This document shows, one piece after another, positions 10,051 to 18,889 of a stretch of DNA of 64,000 nucleotides. Made by a program: the position numbers and the translations under genes. Below the pieces are notes generated by a model. It had not been told where the DNA came from. It made no database searches and saw nothing but the letters and a program-made list of their open reading frames with translations. The first letter of the stretch is position 1. Every line of letters starts with the position of its first letter. Source of the stretch: Bacillota bacterium (GTDB lineage Bacteria > Bacillota > DTU025); NCBI GenBank assembly GCA_028709305.1, contig JAQVXE010000002.1:4097-68096 (forward strand), written 5' to 3'.

Positions 10051-10965
10051 GTGGATCACGTGGATCACGTGGCAAACTTGAAAGGGCGCCATATCTGCCT
10101 TCTAGGAGGGGACCGCCGTGAACTGAAACTGGTATGCACCCTTATAGACTCAGGGGCAAAGGTCAGTTGCTACGGCGTGCCAGGTGATGGGCTGCGTCCG
10201 GAAGCAATCGTCGCAGAAAGCGCTGAGCAGGCATGTCGCGGGGCGAACGTCGTGGTACTGCCGCTTTCGGGAACCGACTCCAACGGCAACGTAAAGGTTG
10301 CATCCAAGCCTATCTGCATAACAAGGGAACTCCTCTCCGTCTTGAGTCCGAACGCGATCCTGTTTTCAGGAACTGTGCCGCGCTTTCTGGCCGCCGAATC
10401 TGAATCCCTAGGTATTCGCACCGTGGAGACCACAGCCAACGACGAGCTGGCGATCCTCAATTCCATTCCGTCTGCGGAGGGCGCCATACTCATGGCTATG
10501 CAGGCCACGCCATTCACCATACACAACAGCAATTGCCTGGTGCTTGGGCTGGGGCGAACCGGACTTACCCTCGCCCGCATGCTTCAAGGCATTGGGGCCC
10601 ACGTGTGGGCCGCAGCACGAAAGGGAAAAGATCGTGCCCGCGCCTTTGAAATGGGGCTTTCGCCTCTGGACTTTGCCGATCTGTCTTCATGCCTCCCTCA
10701 GATAGACATCGTATTCAATACCGTGCCCGCGCTCGTTCTAGACCGAGCACTAACATACACCATGAAAAGAACTGCCGTCATCATAGACCTCGCATCCGCC
10801 CCCGGCGGAGTAGACTTTGTGGCTGCCTCCGAACGCGGCATCCATGCAGAGCTCGCCCCGGGGCTTCCAGGAAGAGTAGCACCCATCACAGCGGGGCAAA
10901 TAGTTTCGAAGGTGCTGCCGGAGATGATCGCAGCAGAGCTTGCCAGGGACGAGTGGGAACGATGA
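10051..10965 (+). CDS. dpaA: dipicolinate synthase subunit A-like (DpaA/SpoVFA family)
   Basis: About 300 aa. An N-terminal domain is followed by a mid-protein Rossmann GxGxxG (LVLGLGRTGLTLARML). The motifs GGDRRELK, NSIPSAEGAILMA, DLASAPGGVDF and LAPGLPGRVAPITAGQI match my recollection of Bacillus SpoVFA. The likely start is the GTG at 10060, 8 nt after GGGGAGG. Confidence 0.6.
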   Translation: MDHVDHVANLKGRHICLLGGDRRELKLVCTLIDSGAKVSCYGVPGDGLRPEAIVAESAEQACRGANVVVLPLSGTDSNGNVKVASKPICITRELLSVLSPNAILFSGTVPRFLAAESESLGIRTVETTANDELAILNSIPSAEGAILMAMQATPFTIHNSNCLVLGLGRTGLTLARMLQGIGAHVWAAARKGKDRARAFEMGLSPLDFADLSSCLPQIDIVFNTVPALVLDRALTYTMKRTAVIIDLASAPGGVDFVAASERGIHAELAPGLPGRVAPITAGQIVSKVLPEMIAAELARDEWER

Positions 10966-12263
10966 ATGTGGCGGTGGCAGTTGCAGGGGGTGGGTGGGCG
11001 GGATGCGCAGCTGCAGTCGCCGCGGCACAGGCAGGCGCCGACGTGGTCCTCATAGAACGCGCTAACCTTCTGCTGGGAACGGGCCTCGTCGGCGGTATAA
11101 TGAACAACAACGGTCGATTCACTGCCGCACGCGAGCTGGCCTCCATGGGCGGAGACTTCCTTCTTGATGTCATAGATCAGATGACACTGCACCGCAGAAT
11201 CAACTTCCCAGGCCATCTCCATGCGAGCCTGTATGATGTGGCGAAAATCGAGTCAAAGGTGAGAGCGGCCCTGACGGACCTGGGCATACATGTGATGCTG
11301 GAGTCGCGCGTTACAGGTGTGGCAATGGATGGAAGACGAATAACCCATCTGGTATTAGCAGACGGAAGCCGCATCTCAGCCAACGCATTTGTGGATGCCA
11401 CAGGCACTGCCGGGCCGCAGGGAAACTGTGCACGGATCAACGGAAGTTGTGTAATGTGCATTCTTAGATGCCCCGCTTTCGGCCCACGAGTAAGCATCGC
11501 AAGCAAAGCCGGGGCAAGGGAGATCTCCGGAAGTATTTTCGAGGCCATGAGCGGATCGTGCAAGCTGGAGAAGAAATCGCTTTCGGCGTGGTTCGCAAGA
11601 AATCTTGAGGAAAAAGGAGTGCTAGTCGTTCCTGTGCCGCGCTATATCGCGCGCCTCGACAGGTCGGCACCGAAGGCATGTCAGCAATACTCACTTCCTG
11701 AGTTCTACGACAACATAGTTCTGCTCGACACTGGGCACGCGAAACTAATGGCCCCCTTCTTCCCCTTGGATTGTCTCAGGATGATTCCTGGATTCGAGCA
11801 CGCTGTCTTCCATGACCCCTACGCAGGCGGCCGGGGCAACTCAATAAGATACACAATCATAACTCCGCATGACCAAACCCTCAAAGTAGAAGACGTAGAC
11901 AACCTTTTCTGCGCAGGCGAGAAAGTCGGCCTCCTGGTGGGACATACCGAAGCGCTTTGCACTGGTTCGCTTGCGGGACATAATGCCGTAAGATATTCCA
12001 TCGGCCAGAAACTGCTGGCCATTCCTGCCTCTCTGGCGATCGGAGACCTAATCATCTTCATAGAGCAATCGCTCCGGACGTCCGCCGGATTCCTCAACAA
12101 GTACACCTTTGCAGGAGGAGTCTACTTCAGGCGCATGTACGATACAGGCCTGTACACGACTGACATCCGCCGGATTGACCAACGCGTAAAGGCCGCCGGC
12201 ATGGATGGCATATTCAACCGAAAGCTGGTGCCACACAAGCCTGGAACCGGGCTGTTCATCTAA
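10962..12263 (+). CDS. GidA/TrmFO-superfamily FAD-dependent protein of unassigned subfamily with an internal Cys cluster
   Basis: 433 aa counted from the ATG that overlaps the dpaA stop (ATGA). It has the N-terminal MnmG-like FAD motif VAGGGWAGCAAAVAAAQAG and the C-terminal motif LFCAGEKVG...LAGHNA. It lacks the TrmFO CSNS catalytic cysteine motif. It carries an insertion C-x6-C-x2-C-x3-CP (CARINGSCVMCILRCP). The listed ORF's N-terminal 91 codons overlap dpaA and are not coding. Confidence 0.6.
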   Translation: MNVAVAVAGGGWAGCAAAVAAAQAGADVVLIERANLLLGTGLVGGIMNNNGRFTAARELASMGGDFLLDVIDQMTLHRRINFPGHLHASLYDVAKIESKVRAALTDLGIHVMLESRVTGVAMDGRRITHLVLADGSRISANAFVDATGTAGPQGNCARINGSCVMCILRCPAFGPRVSIASKAGAREISGSIFEAMSGSCKLEKKSLSAWFARNLEEKGVLVVPVPRYIARLDRSAPKACQQYSLPEFYDNIVLLDTGHAKLMAPFFPLDCLRMIPGFEHAVFHDPYAGGRGNSIRYTIITPHDQTLKVEDVDNLFCAGEKVGLLVGHTEALCTGSLAGHNAVRYSIGQKLLAIPASLAIGDLIIFIEQSLRTSAGFLNKYTFAGGVYFRRMYDTGLYTTDIRRIDQRVKAAGMDGIFNRKLVPHKPGTGLFI

Positions 12264-12356
12264 GTTGGGTTGCGCATAAGCCTTGGTCTGCAAATCCCTG
12301 CCCTCAATGTGCAACGACATAATGTAGACTGAATTCGGAATGCGAAAGAACAACAG

Positions 12357-12385
12357 AGTCCCGAAAGATCATCTCTTCGGGACTC
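12357..12385 (-). terminator. candidate intrinsic terminator after the TPM gene
   Basis: Stem GAGTCCCGAA / TTCGGGACTC. On the minus strand it is followed by the U-rich stretch UCUGUUGUUCUUUCG. Confidence 0.45.
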
Positions 12386-12461
12386 CAAAAGACAACTCAC
12401 ATATGATAGGTTGTAGATGTCCGATGTGGGTGGAGGTTAGCGCCTGCCCAAAGCCTTTACG

Positions 12462-13325
12462 CTACTTCCAGCCCCCGCTTGCGCCTCCTCCGCCTGACCT
12501 GCCTCCCCCAAACCCGCCAAAGCCGCCGGATGAGCCTCTGCTTGAACCCCCAGACGGTCCTTTCCATCCACGGCCCATGAATGGTCCTGGAGTCGAAGGA
12601 GGGCGACGCACACCGCCACCTGACTTGGGCGGCCGTCCGGATGGACCTTTGCGCGAACTGGATTTGACAATCAAATAGACGATCACGATGGCAAAGAAGA
12701 CTATCGCTGCCAGCGCATCAGGGGAAAGACTCTTCTCTTCTTTTCTGGAAGGTTCGATCTCTCCACCTGCCAGCCTGAGGGCGATTGTGTTGACTGCTTC
12801 CACAATACCGGCTGCAGGGTCTCCTTCCACAAAATGAGGAACAAGGTTCTCATCGATTACACGGCCGAGAAACGCATCAGGCAAGTCACCTTCGAGGCCA
12901 TAGCCTGTCTCAAACCGCAATCTTCCTTCCTCATCTGCAATCAGCAGAAGAAGGCCGTTATCCTCTTTCGCCTCGCCTATTCCCCACTTCTGAAAGAGCT
13001 CAACCGAGTATTCTTCGATCGAGTAGCCACCCATGTCGGGCACGGTAACCACCGCGAACTGCACGCCGTTGGCCTCGTTCAACGCAAGCAGCCTCTCCTC
13101 GATCTCCTGCGTCTCTGCTGACGTGAGCATCCCCGCAAGATCGTTGATGAGTCGAGGCGGCACCGGTTTTGCAGGAACCTTCGGCTGCCCGTGCACCCAA
13201 AGGGAGCAGAACAAGACTACTGCAAAGGCGCACACCACCACTGACCACAGCCGAGCTGGGGATGCATGCATCGGTCTTCGGTATCCGTCAGACGTTCTTG
13301 GTCTTCTAAGTCTCGTCATTGGCAT
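12462..13325 (-). CDS. TPM-domain (TLP18.3/Psb32/MOLO-1) protein with a C-terminal transmembrane anchor and Gly/Ser/Arg-rich tail
   Basis: 287 aa with a signal peptide or TM segment, the TPM-domain core (NDLAGMLT..., GVQFAVVTV, GLLLLIA, GYGLEGDLPD), a TM helix, and a low-complexity GGFGGFGGG tail. Confidence 0.75.
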   Translation of the reverse strand: MPMTRLRRPRTSDGYRRPMHASPARLWSVVVCAFAVVLFCSLWVHGQPKVPAKPVPPRLINDLAGMLTSAETQEIEERLLALNEANGVQFAVVTVPDMGGYSIEEYSVELFQKWGIGEAKEDNGLLLLIADEEGRLRFETGYGLEGDLPDAFLGRVIDENLVPHFVEGDPAAGIVEAVNTIALRLAGGEIEPSRKEEKSLSPDALAAIVFFAIVIVYLIVKSSSRKGPSGRPPKSGGGVRRPPSTPGPFMGRGWKGPSGGSSRGSSGGFGGFGGGRSGGGGASGGWK

Positions 13326-13369
13326 ACTACGCTCCGATCTGCTCTAGTCTGAATCGTTCTCATGCGCCT

Positions 13370-13936
13370 CTAGAACTTGACCTCAGGAGCAACCGATGCG
13401 CCGGTCTGGGCCTCGAACATGTCCTTCGGCACCGCACCACGCATTCCCGCAACTATCGAGTTGGGGAAGGTGCGGATTTTCACGTTGTACGACTGGACAG
13501 ACGTATTGTACCGCTGCCTTGCAACGGCTATTCTGTTCTCCGTGCCGGAAAGCTCATACGTTAGGTCTCTGAAAGACGCATCCGCTTTGAGCTCAGGGTA
13601 GTTCTCAACTACCAAGAGAAGCCTGGAAAGTGCGCCTTCAACAGCGTTAACAGCCTCAGCAGTCTCGGGGACCGTCTGAGCGCCGCCCAGCTTAGCCCTG
13701 GCATCGGCTATGGCTGTAAATACCTCTTCTTCATGGGCAGCATAGCCCTTTACTGTTTCCACAAGATTCGGAATAAGATCATAACGTCTCTGGTACTGAT
13801 TCTGCACCTCAGCCCAGGATACGTTGACCTCTTCCTCCGACCTGATAATCGAGTTAGATACGCTTACAAAGCCGATACCCAGTACAGCCACGATCGCAAG
13901 GACTAATACCAGAACAGCAAGGCCCGACTTCTTCAA
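13370..13936 (-). CDS. lemA: LemA family membrane protein
   Basis: 188 aa with an N-terminal TM segment and LemA motifs: QYQRRYDLIPNLVETVKGYA and ENYPELKA...F. It shows the usual pairing with the TPM gene downstream. Confidence 0.85.
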   Translation of the reverse strand: MKKSGLAVLVLVLAIVAVLGIGFVSVSNSIIRSEEEVNVSWAEVQNQYQRRYDLIPNLVETVKGYAAHEEEVFTAIADARAKLGGAQTVPETAEAVNAVEGALSRLLLVVENYPELKADASFRDLTYELSGTENRIAVARQRYNTSVQSYNVKIRTFPNSIVAGMRGAVPKDMFEAQTGASVAPEVKF

Positions 13937-14072
13937 CGCATATTCCCTCCCTCATACTGATAGCAAGCTGGATTAAGATTAGCATGGAATTGACAACTGC
14001 GCAACCGAAGGCCAACAAACGTAAACTCAATTTGCATCCCGATTGGCCTGGTTCTCTCAGTCATCCGGCGCC

Positions 14073-14996
14073 CTACGTCGTGGGCGTCTCTTTGCCTCCC
14101 CGAGCCGACCGTTTCTCTCTGGAGTAGAAGTATAGCGCCACTATGGTTGCGATGTATGGAACCATCTGAGTGAACTGGGGCGGAATTATCGTCCCTTGCA
14201 GGCTGAGCCCCAAACCGTCGAAAAGACCAAACACCAGCGACATCAGAAGAAGTCCCATTGGACGCCCCCTGGTAAGTATTATTACAGCAAGGGCGATCCA
14301 GCCACGGCCATTCGACATATTCTCTGAAAAGAGCGTAACATAGCCTAAGGAGAGATATGCGCCTGCGAGTCCGCAAAGAACTCCTGAAGCGATTATTGCT
14401 TGCGCCTTGATCCTATCGGAACTGACTCCCACAGAATCAACAGCCCGCGCGTCCTCCCCAACGGCCCTTAGTCGCAATCCGTATCTTGTACCGAATATGT
14501 GCCATTCAACAACAAAGGCAAGCAGAATGCTTGCGTACACGATGAACGGATGCCCGCTGAGAATGGGCCCAAGGTGCGGAATCCGGGAGATCAGCGGGAT
14601 GTTCCAGCGCGGCATTGACTGAATCGCGTGGGACATGAAAGCGCCCTTCACGTGAAAGAGCTGCCTGAGGGAATACGTTGTCCCCCCGAGTGCCAGCATG
14701 TTGAGGGCAGTCCCTGTAACGAACTCATCAGTCTTCAAAGACACCACGAAGATGGCGAATATGAGGGCTGCCACAAGGCCGCCCGCTATCCCGGAGAGAA
14801 CACCCATAATCCATGATCCAGAAAAGTAGCTCCCGGCAACGGCCGTAAAAGCCCCGATCAACATCATACCTTCCATAGCAATATTGAAAACATTGGCATG
14901 AAAAGTGTAGGCCCCGCCAAGGCCGGCAAGGAGGACCGGGGTTGCCGAAAGGATGCTCGACCTTATCATCTCAACCATTAGATGCATGGCGTCCAT
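14073..14996 (-). CDS. ABC transporter permease, BMP-family (nucleoside/simple sugar) transporter, second permease
   Basis: 307 aa, polytopic, branched-chain-type permease fold. Overlaps the upstream permease gene. Confidence 0.75.
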   Translation of the reverse strand: MDAMHLMVEMIRSSILSATPVLLAGLGGAYTFHANVFNIAMEGMMLIGAFTAVAGSYFSGSWIMGVLSGIAGGLVAALIFAIFVVSLKTDEFVTGTALNMLALGGTTYSLRQLFHVKGAFMSHAIQSMPRWNIPLISRIPHLGPILSGHPFIVYASILLAFVVEWHIFGTRYGLRLRAVGEDARAVDSVGVSSDRIKAQAIIASGVLCGLAGAYLSLGYVTLFSENMSNGRGWIALAVIILTRGRPMGLLLMSLVFGLFDGLGLSLQGTIIPPQFTQMVPYIATIVALYFYSREKRSARGGKETPTT

Positions 14997-16053
14997 CCCC
15001 CATTCCCTTATCCCTGCCGCGAGCCCTTCTCATCCTCAGCTCGGCAGTGATGTTGTTTATTAGCACACGAGTCGACTCCCTGCTTGCCACAACAAAGAGC
15101 ACAACTATTGCCTGAAGCACCAATGAAAACTCGGAAGGGACCGAAGTTTCAAGTTCCATGCCCATCGACCCTGTCTGAATCACCGAAAAGAACAGGGCGT
15201 AAAGACCCGTGGCAATCATGTTGTTGTTGGCTACGATTGCAATCATGACTCCGTCCCACGCATAGTTGGCGCCTATCCCTTTCACAAACCGATGCTGCAT
15301 TCCGCCCATGATCATGAGCCCGCCTGCAAGCCCTGCCAGGGCCCCGCTGAGAAGCATCGCCCAAACATAGGCGGCGTCGTTTCGGCATCCGCCCGTCCTC
15401 GAGAAGATCGGATTCTGCCCCATCGCCCGCCATTCGTAACCGATCTTCGAGCGGTTCCACAAAACAGAGACAACTGCGAAAGCCGCAACCGCCACCAAGA
15501 ATGCGGAGCCGAACCCGTTCCATATCGGAAGCCATGCTCCGGGATTGGTCATGGGGGTGAGGGGAGAGTACATCCTTTTGTCTAGCATAGGCCCGGATAT
15601 GAGATACAGCGTGAAGTAGTCGGCTATGAAATTGAGCATCAGGGTCGTGATGAACTCGTCCATCTTGAAACGGCGCCTGAGGCCCGCAGCAATCCCTGAC
15701 CAGCATGCACCAGCTACCAGCGCAACCAGGATCGACAGGGGGATCATGAGTCCTGCCGGAAGATCGACAGCTATCCCAAAAGCGGTTACTGCCATAGCTC
15801 CGATCAGGAATTGTCCGGGCTGGCCCAGGTTCACGCAGTTGCTTCCGAATCCTACTGCTGCCGAAAGGCCGGTCAGTATCAACGGAGTAGCCTTATCCAG
15901 AGTAGAGAAGAAAGCAAACTTCGAAAAGAGGCTATAGGAGAAAAGGGCCGCGTAGCTTTCCAAAGGCGGATATCCTTGCGCCCACAATATAAGAAGGCCT
16001 GCTAACAGGGCAACGACTATTCCAATTAGTGCAGGCAATACTTGCTTCTTCAT
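14971..16053 (-). CDS. ABC transporter permease, BMP-family transporter, first permease
   Basis: 360 aa, polytopic. Its start overlaps the ATPase stop (ATGA). Confidence 0.75.
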   Translation of the reverse strand: MKKQVLPALIGIVVALLAGLLILWAQGYPPLESYAALFSYSLFSKFAFFSTLDKATPLILTGLSAAVGFGSNCVNLGQPGQFLIGAMAVTAFGIAVDLPAGLMIPLSILVALVAGACWSGIAAGLRRRFKMDEFITTLMLNFIADYFTLYLISGPMLDKRMYSPLTPMTNPGAWLPIWNGFGSAFLVAVAAFAVVSVLWNRSKIGYEWRAMGQNPIFSRTGGCRNDAAYVWAMLLSGALAGLAGGLMIMGGMQHRFVKGIGANYAWDGVMIAIVANNNMIATGLYALFFSVIQTGSMGMELETSVPSEFSLVLQAIVVLFVVASRESTRVLINNITAELRMRRARGRDKGMGDGRHASNG

Positions 16054-17645
16054 TTCCCAACCTCCTCCCTGGCGCGCCAGTCCTCTTGAGCATCTTTGGC
16101 CCCGAGCATGTATTCGCCTATCTCTTCCCGCGTGGTCGCCTCCGGGCGAAGCTCTGCCACGACCCTGCCTCTCGACATCACCAGTATCCTATCGGACAGG
16201 CTGAAGAGCTCGTCCAGGTCGGCAGAGATCAGCAAGCATCCCGCTCCTGCATCGCGCCTGCGCACTACCTCTTCCTGCACGTATTCTATGGAACCAACAT
16301 CGAGCCCTCGCGTTGGCTGATCGAGAAGGATGAAATCGGTGTCGAGCATGAACTCCCTGCCCACCACGACCTTCTGCTGGTTCCCGCCTGAAAGCGAAGA
16401 GATGGGCGCATCAAGCTCAGGTACAAGAACCCCGAAGTCCTCCACCAGACGGGAAGTGAAGGCGCGGCATCGCCCAGAACTGAGCAAGGCTTCACAGCGA
16501 TCCTCAATCTCCGGATTGAGGCGGTGGTGAGTCATGATGGCATTGTCGACAAGGCTCATGTTCTGAGCGCTCCCTGAAACTTTTCTATCTTGAGGCACAT
16601 AGCACATGAGCTTGCGCCTGGCCATAACGTCTTCACCTGTTACGTCATGGCCACCTATGAAAACTCTTCCCGACTGCGCCGACAGAAGCCCCGTAACAAG
16701 CTGAACCAACTCGTACTGGCCGTTCCCCTCCACCCCTGCAATCCCAACGATCTCGCCACGCCTGACATCGAAGGAAACCCCCTCGAGCCTGATCACCCCG
16801 TTCTCGTCGACGTATCTTAGGCCTCGTGCCTCAAAAACGATCTCACCTAGAGAGGCTGGCGCCTTTTCAATGGAGAATACGACGTCTCTTCCGACCATGG
16901 CGCGCGCAAGCTCCGCTTTATCGAGCCCACGGTTGTCCACGGTAACAACTCGCCTGCCTTTGCGCATAACAGTGATCCTATCTGATAGTTCAAGCACTTC
17001 GTCGAGTTTATGGCTGATGAAGATGATGGTCTTGCCCACCTTATTGAGGCCCCGCAATCTTGCAAAGAGCTCCCCCGCCTCCTGGGGAGTGAGTGCTGCG
17101 GTTGGCTCGTCCATGATAAGAACATCAACGTCCCGGTAAAGAAGCTTGAGTATCTCTACCTTTTGCTGGGCGCCGACTGAAATGTCCCCGATTCGGCTAT
17201 TGATATCTATGTTGAGGCCATATGTGTCGACAAGCTCCTCTACTTTCGGCTTTGTGTCAGCATGGCGCAGGGTGCCGAACCTGCCTGCGGGTTCTGCGCC
17301 CAATATGACGTTTTCATATACAGTGTAGGAAGGGATGAGCATGAACTCCTGGTGGACCATGCCTATGCCTGAGGCCACGGCCTCCCTGGGGGTGGCAAAC
17401 TTGGCTTTACGGCCCCGAAAGTGAATCTCTCCGCCGCTTGGCGGGGCCATGCCGTAGAACACCTTCATGAGCGTAGACTTGCCGGCCCCGTTTTCGCCGA
17501 TGATGGAGTGAATTTCGCCTTCTTGGATCTCCAGATCGACCTTGTCCAAGGCCAGAGTATCGGGGGGATAAATCTTTGTTATGGAGTCCATCTTTATGAA
17601 TTGGTCCTGCAAGAACTGACGCACCTCCCCAAAAAGGCTTCGCAA
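16050..17645 (-). CDS. ABC transporter ATP-binding protein with duplicated ABC domains, BMP/nucleoside type
   Basis: 531 aa. Walker A GENGAGKSTL plus a second degenerate ABC domain, with LSGGNQQK. The start is uncertain: either the TTG at 17645 or the ATG at 17591. Confidence 0.8.
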   Translation of the reverse strand: MRSLFGEVRQFLQDQFIKMDSITKIYPPDTLALDKVDLEIQEGEIHSIIGENGAGKSTLMKVFYGMAPPSGGEIHFRGRKAKFATPREAVASGIGMVHQEFMLIPSYTVYENVILGAEPAGRFGTLRHADTKPKVEELVDTYGLNIDINSRIGDISVGAQQKVEILKLLYRDVDVLIMDEPTAALTPQEAGELFARLRGLNKVGKTIIFISHKLDEVLELSDRITVMRKGRRVVTVDNRGLDKAELARAMVGRDVVFSIEKAPASLGEIVFEARGLRYVDENGVIRLEGVSFDVRRGEIVGIAGVEGNGQYELVQLVTGLLSAQSGRVFIGGHDVTGEDVMARRKLMCYVPQDRKVSGSAQNMSLVDNAIMTHHRLNPEIEDRCEALLSSGRCRAFTSRLVEDFGVLVPELDAPISSLSGGNQQKVVVGREFMLDTDFILLDQPTRGLDVGSIEYVQEEVVRRRDAGAGCLLISADLDELFSLSDRILVMSRGRVVAELRPEATTREEIGEYMLGAKDAQEDWRAREEVGK

Positions 17646-17791
17646 AAATCAACCTGGGATAACAAGGGACAGGAAGAGTCGGCAATCAGCCTTCCCTTCC
17701 TGCCATGCACTGCTTCGCGCGCCGCAGGCGACAACACAGCTCGCCTAGGCCGAGCATGCACCCGCCTTTGAAATTCTAGCGCGCCCTGCAA

Positions 17792-18811
17792 TCATCCCCT
17801 GTATCTTTCGACCTTGATTACGCCGCTCTTTACCTTGTTCTCAATATCAATGACCCTCTGGAGGCTCTTCGCGGGCAGGATTTCCTTAGTGTGACTATCT
17901 ATGGCAAGCCCCACTCCGCCTTCCCGAAGCCCGTATTCCAGAACCATCCCTGGCTTGTACTTGCCGTCCAGAATCGTGCCGTAAACACGGTAGATGGACT
18001 GGCCCATATGCTTCAGCATGGAGGTGACCACGTGCCCGGGCTGGAGTCCGTTCTGGTTGGAGTCGACGCCGATGGCGTATTTGCCTTCCTCTTTGGCTGC
18101 CTCAAGCACGCCGGAGCCGGTGAGCGCGGCTATCTGGAATATGATGTCGACCTTCTGCGAATAGAGCTGCTTGGCTGCCTGCTTGCCTCTGACAGGGTCG
18201 TCCCACGTGCCGGCAAAGATCGTCTTCAATTCGACATCTTTGTCGATATGCTTTGCGCCCTGTTCGTAGCCGAAGAGGAAGCCGCGCATGATCGGGTCAT
18301 CCTCGCCGCATACGGCGCCTATTACCTTGTCACGATTTACGCCCGGTATGGACGTGTCAGTCGTGACCAGTCCGGCAACGACGCCGGCCATGAAAGCGCC
18401 CTCTTCCTCGATGAAGTCAACATTGGTGATGGTGTTCTTCTTGTTCTGAACGACAGTATCCAGGTTTATCCACTTCTTTTCGGGATACATATCGGCGTAC
18501 TGCATGAGAAGATCCTCGAATCCGTAGGAGACGACGAAGATTACGTCGGCCCCCCAGGCGACTACAGACTGGAGCGCCTGCGGATATGCCACGGGATCAT
18601 AGTTGCATTCGATAGTCCTTGTTTCGGCATTGAGCTCCTTTTTGATTCTGTCGATCCCTTCCTGGCCGGAATCATAGAACGAAAGGTCTCCCAATGCGCC
18701 GTTTATGAGGTAGGCAACCTTGTACCTGGGCGGAGCTGCAAGAGATGTGCCTAATGTGAGCGAAAGAATAGCGAGAAGCGCAAGTGCGAAAGAGACAATA
18801 CGGTTTTTCAT
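17792..18811 (-). CDS. BMP-family (Med/BmpA/PnrA-like) lipoprotein, the substrate-binding component
   Basis: About 340 aa from the ATG at 18811. It has a signal peptide (MKNRIVSFALALLAILSLTLG) and the BMP-family core. The listed ORF extends further upstream, to 18886. Confidence 0.8.
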   Translation of the reverse strand: MKNRIVSFALALLAILSLTLGTSLAAPPRYKVAYLINGALGDLSFYDSGQEGIDRIKKELNAETRTIECNYDPVAYPQALQSVVAWGADVIFVVSYGFEDLLMQYADMYPEKKWINLDTVVQNKKNTITNVDFIEEEGAFMAGVVAGLVTTDTSIPGVNRDKVIGAVCGEDDPIMRGFLFGYEQGAKHIDKDVELKTIFAGTWDDPVRGKQAAKQLYSQKVDIIFQIAALTGSGVLEAAKEEGKYAIGVDSNQNGLQPGHVVTSMLKHMGQSIYRVYGTILDGKYKPGMVLEYGLREGGVGLAIDSHTKEILPAKSLQRVIDIENKVKSGVIKVERYRG

Positions 18812-18889
18812 TGCTTCCAGTTCACCCTCCACAAAATCTTGACACAGCTTGACCGCAAAGATAGGCCTCGCAACATGCCATGTCAATCA

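Noticed and set aside
10689-10961. The N-terminal 91-codon extension of the 524-aa ORF, which gives the GidA-like gene an earlier start.
   Set aside because: It overlaps dpaA in another frame, and its composition is Arg/Pro/His-rich junk. The FAD-binding motif begins right after the ATG at 10962, which overlaps the dpaA stop.
12340-12678. A 112-aa Pro-rich ORF on the plus strand.
   Set aside because: It is exactly antisense to the Gly-rich low-complexity tail of the TPM gene, so its poly-Pro composition is a mirror artefact of GGN repeats. It has no ribosome-binding site.
17891-18754. A 287-aa ORF on the plus strand.
   Set aside because: It is fully antisense to the BMP lipoprotein gene, which has a clear signal peptide and family motifs. 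Long antisense ORFs are typical of high-GC DNA.
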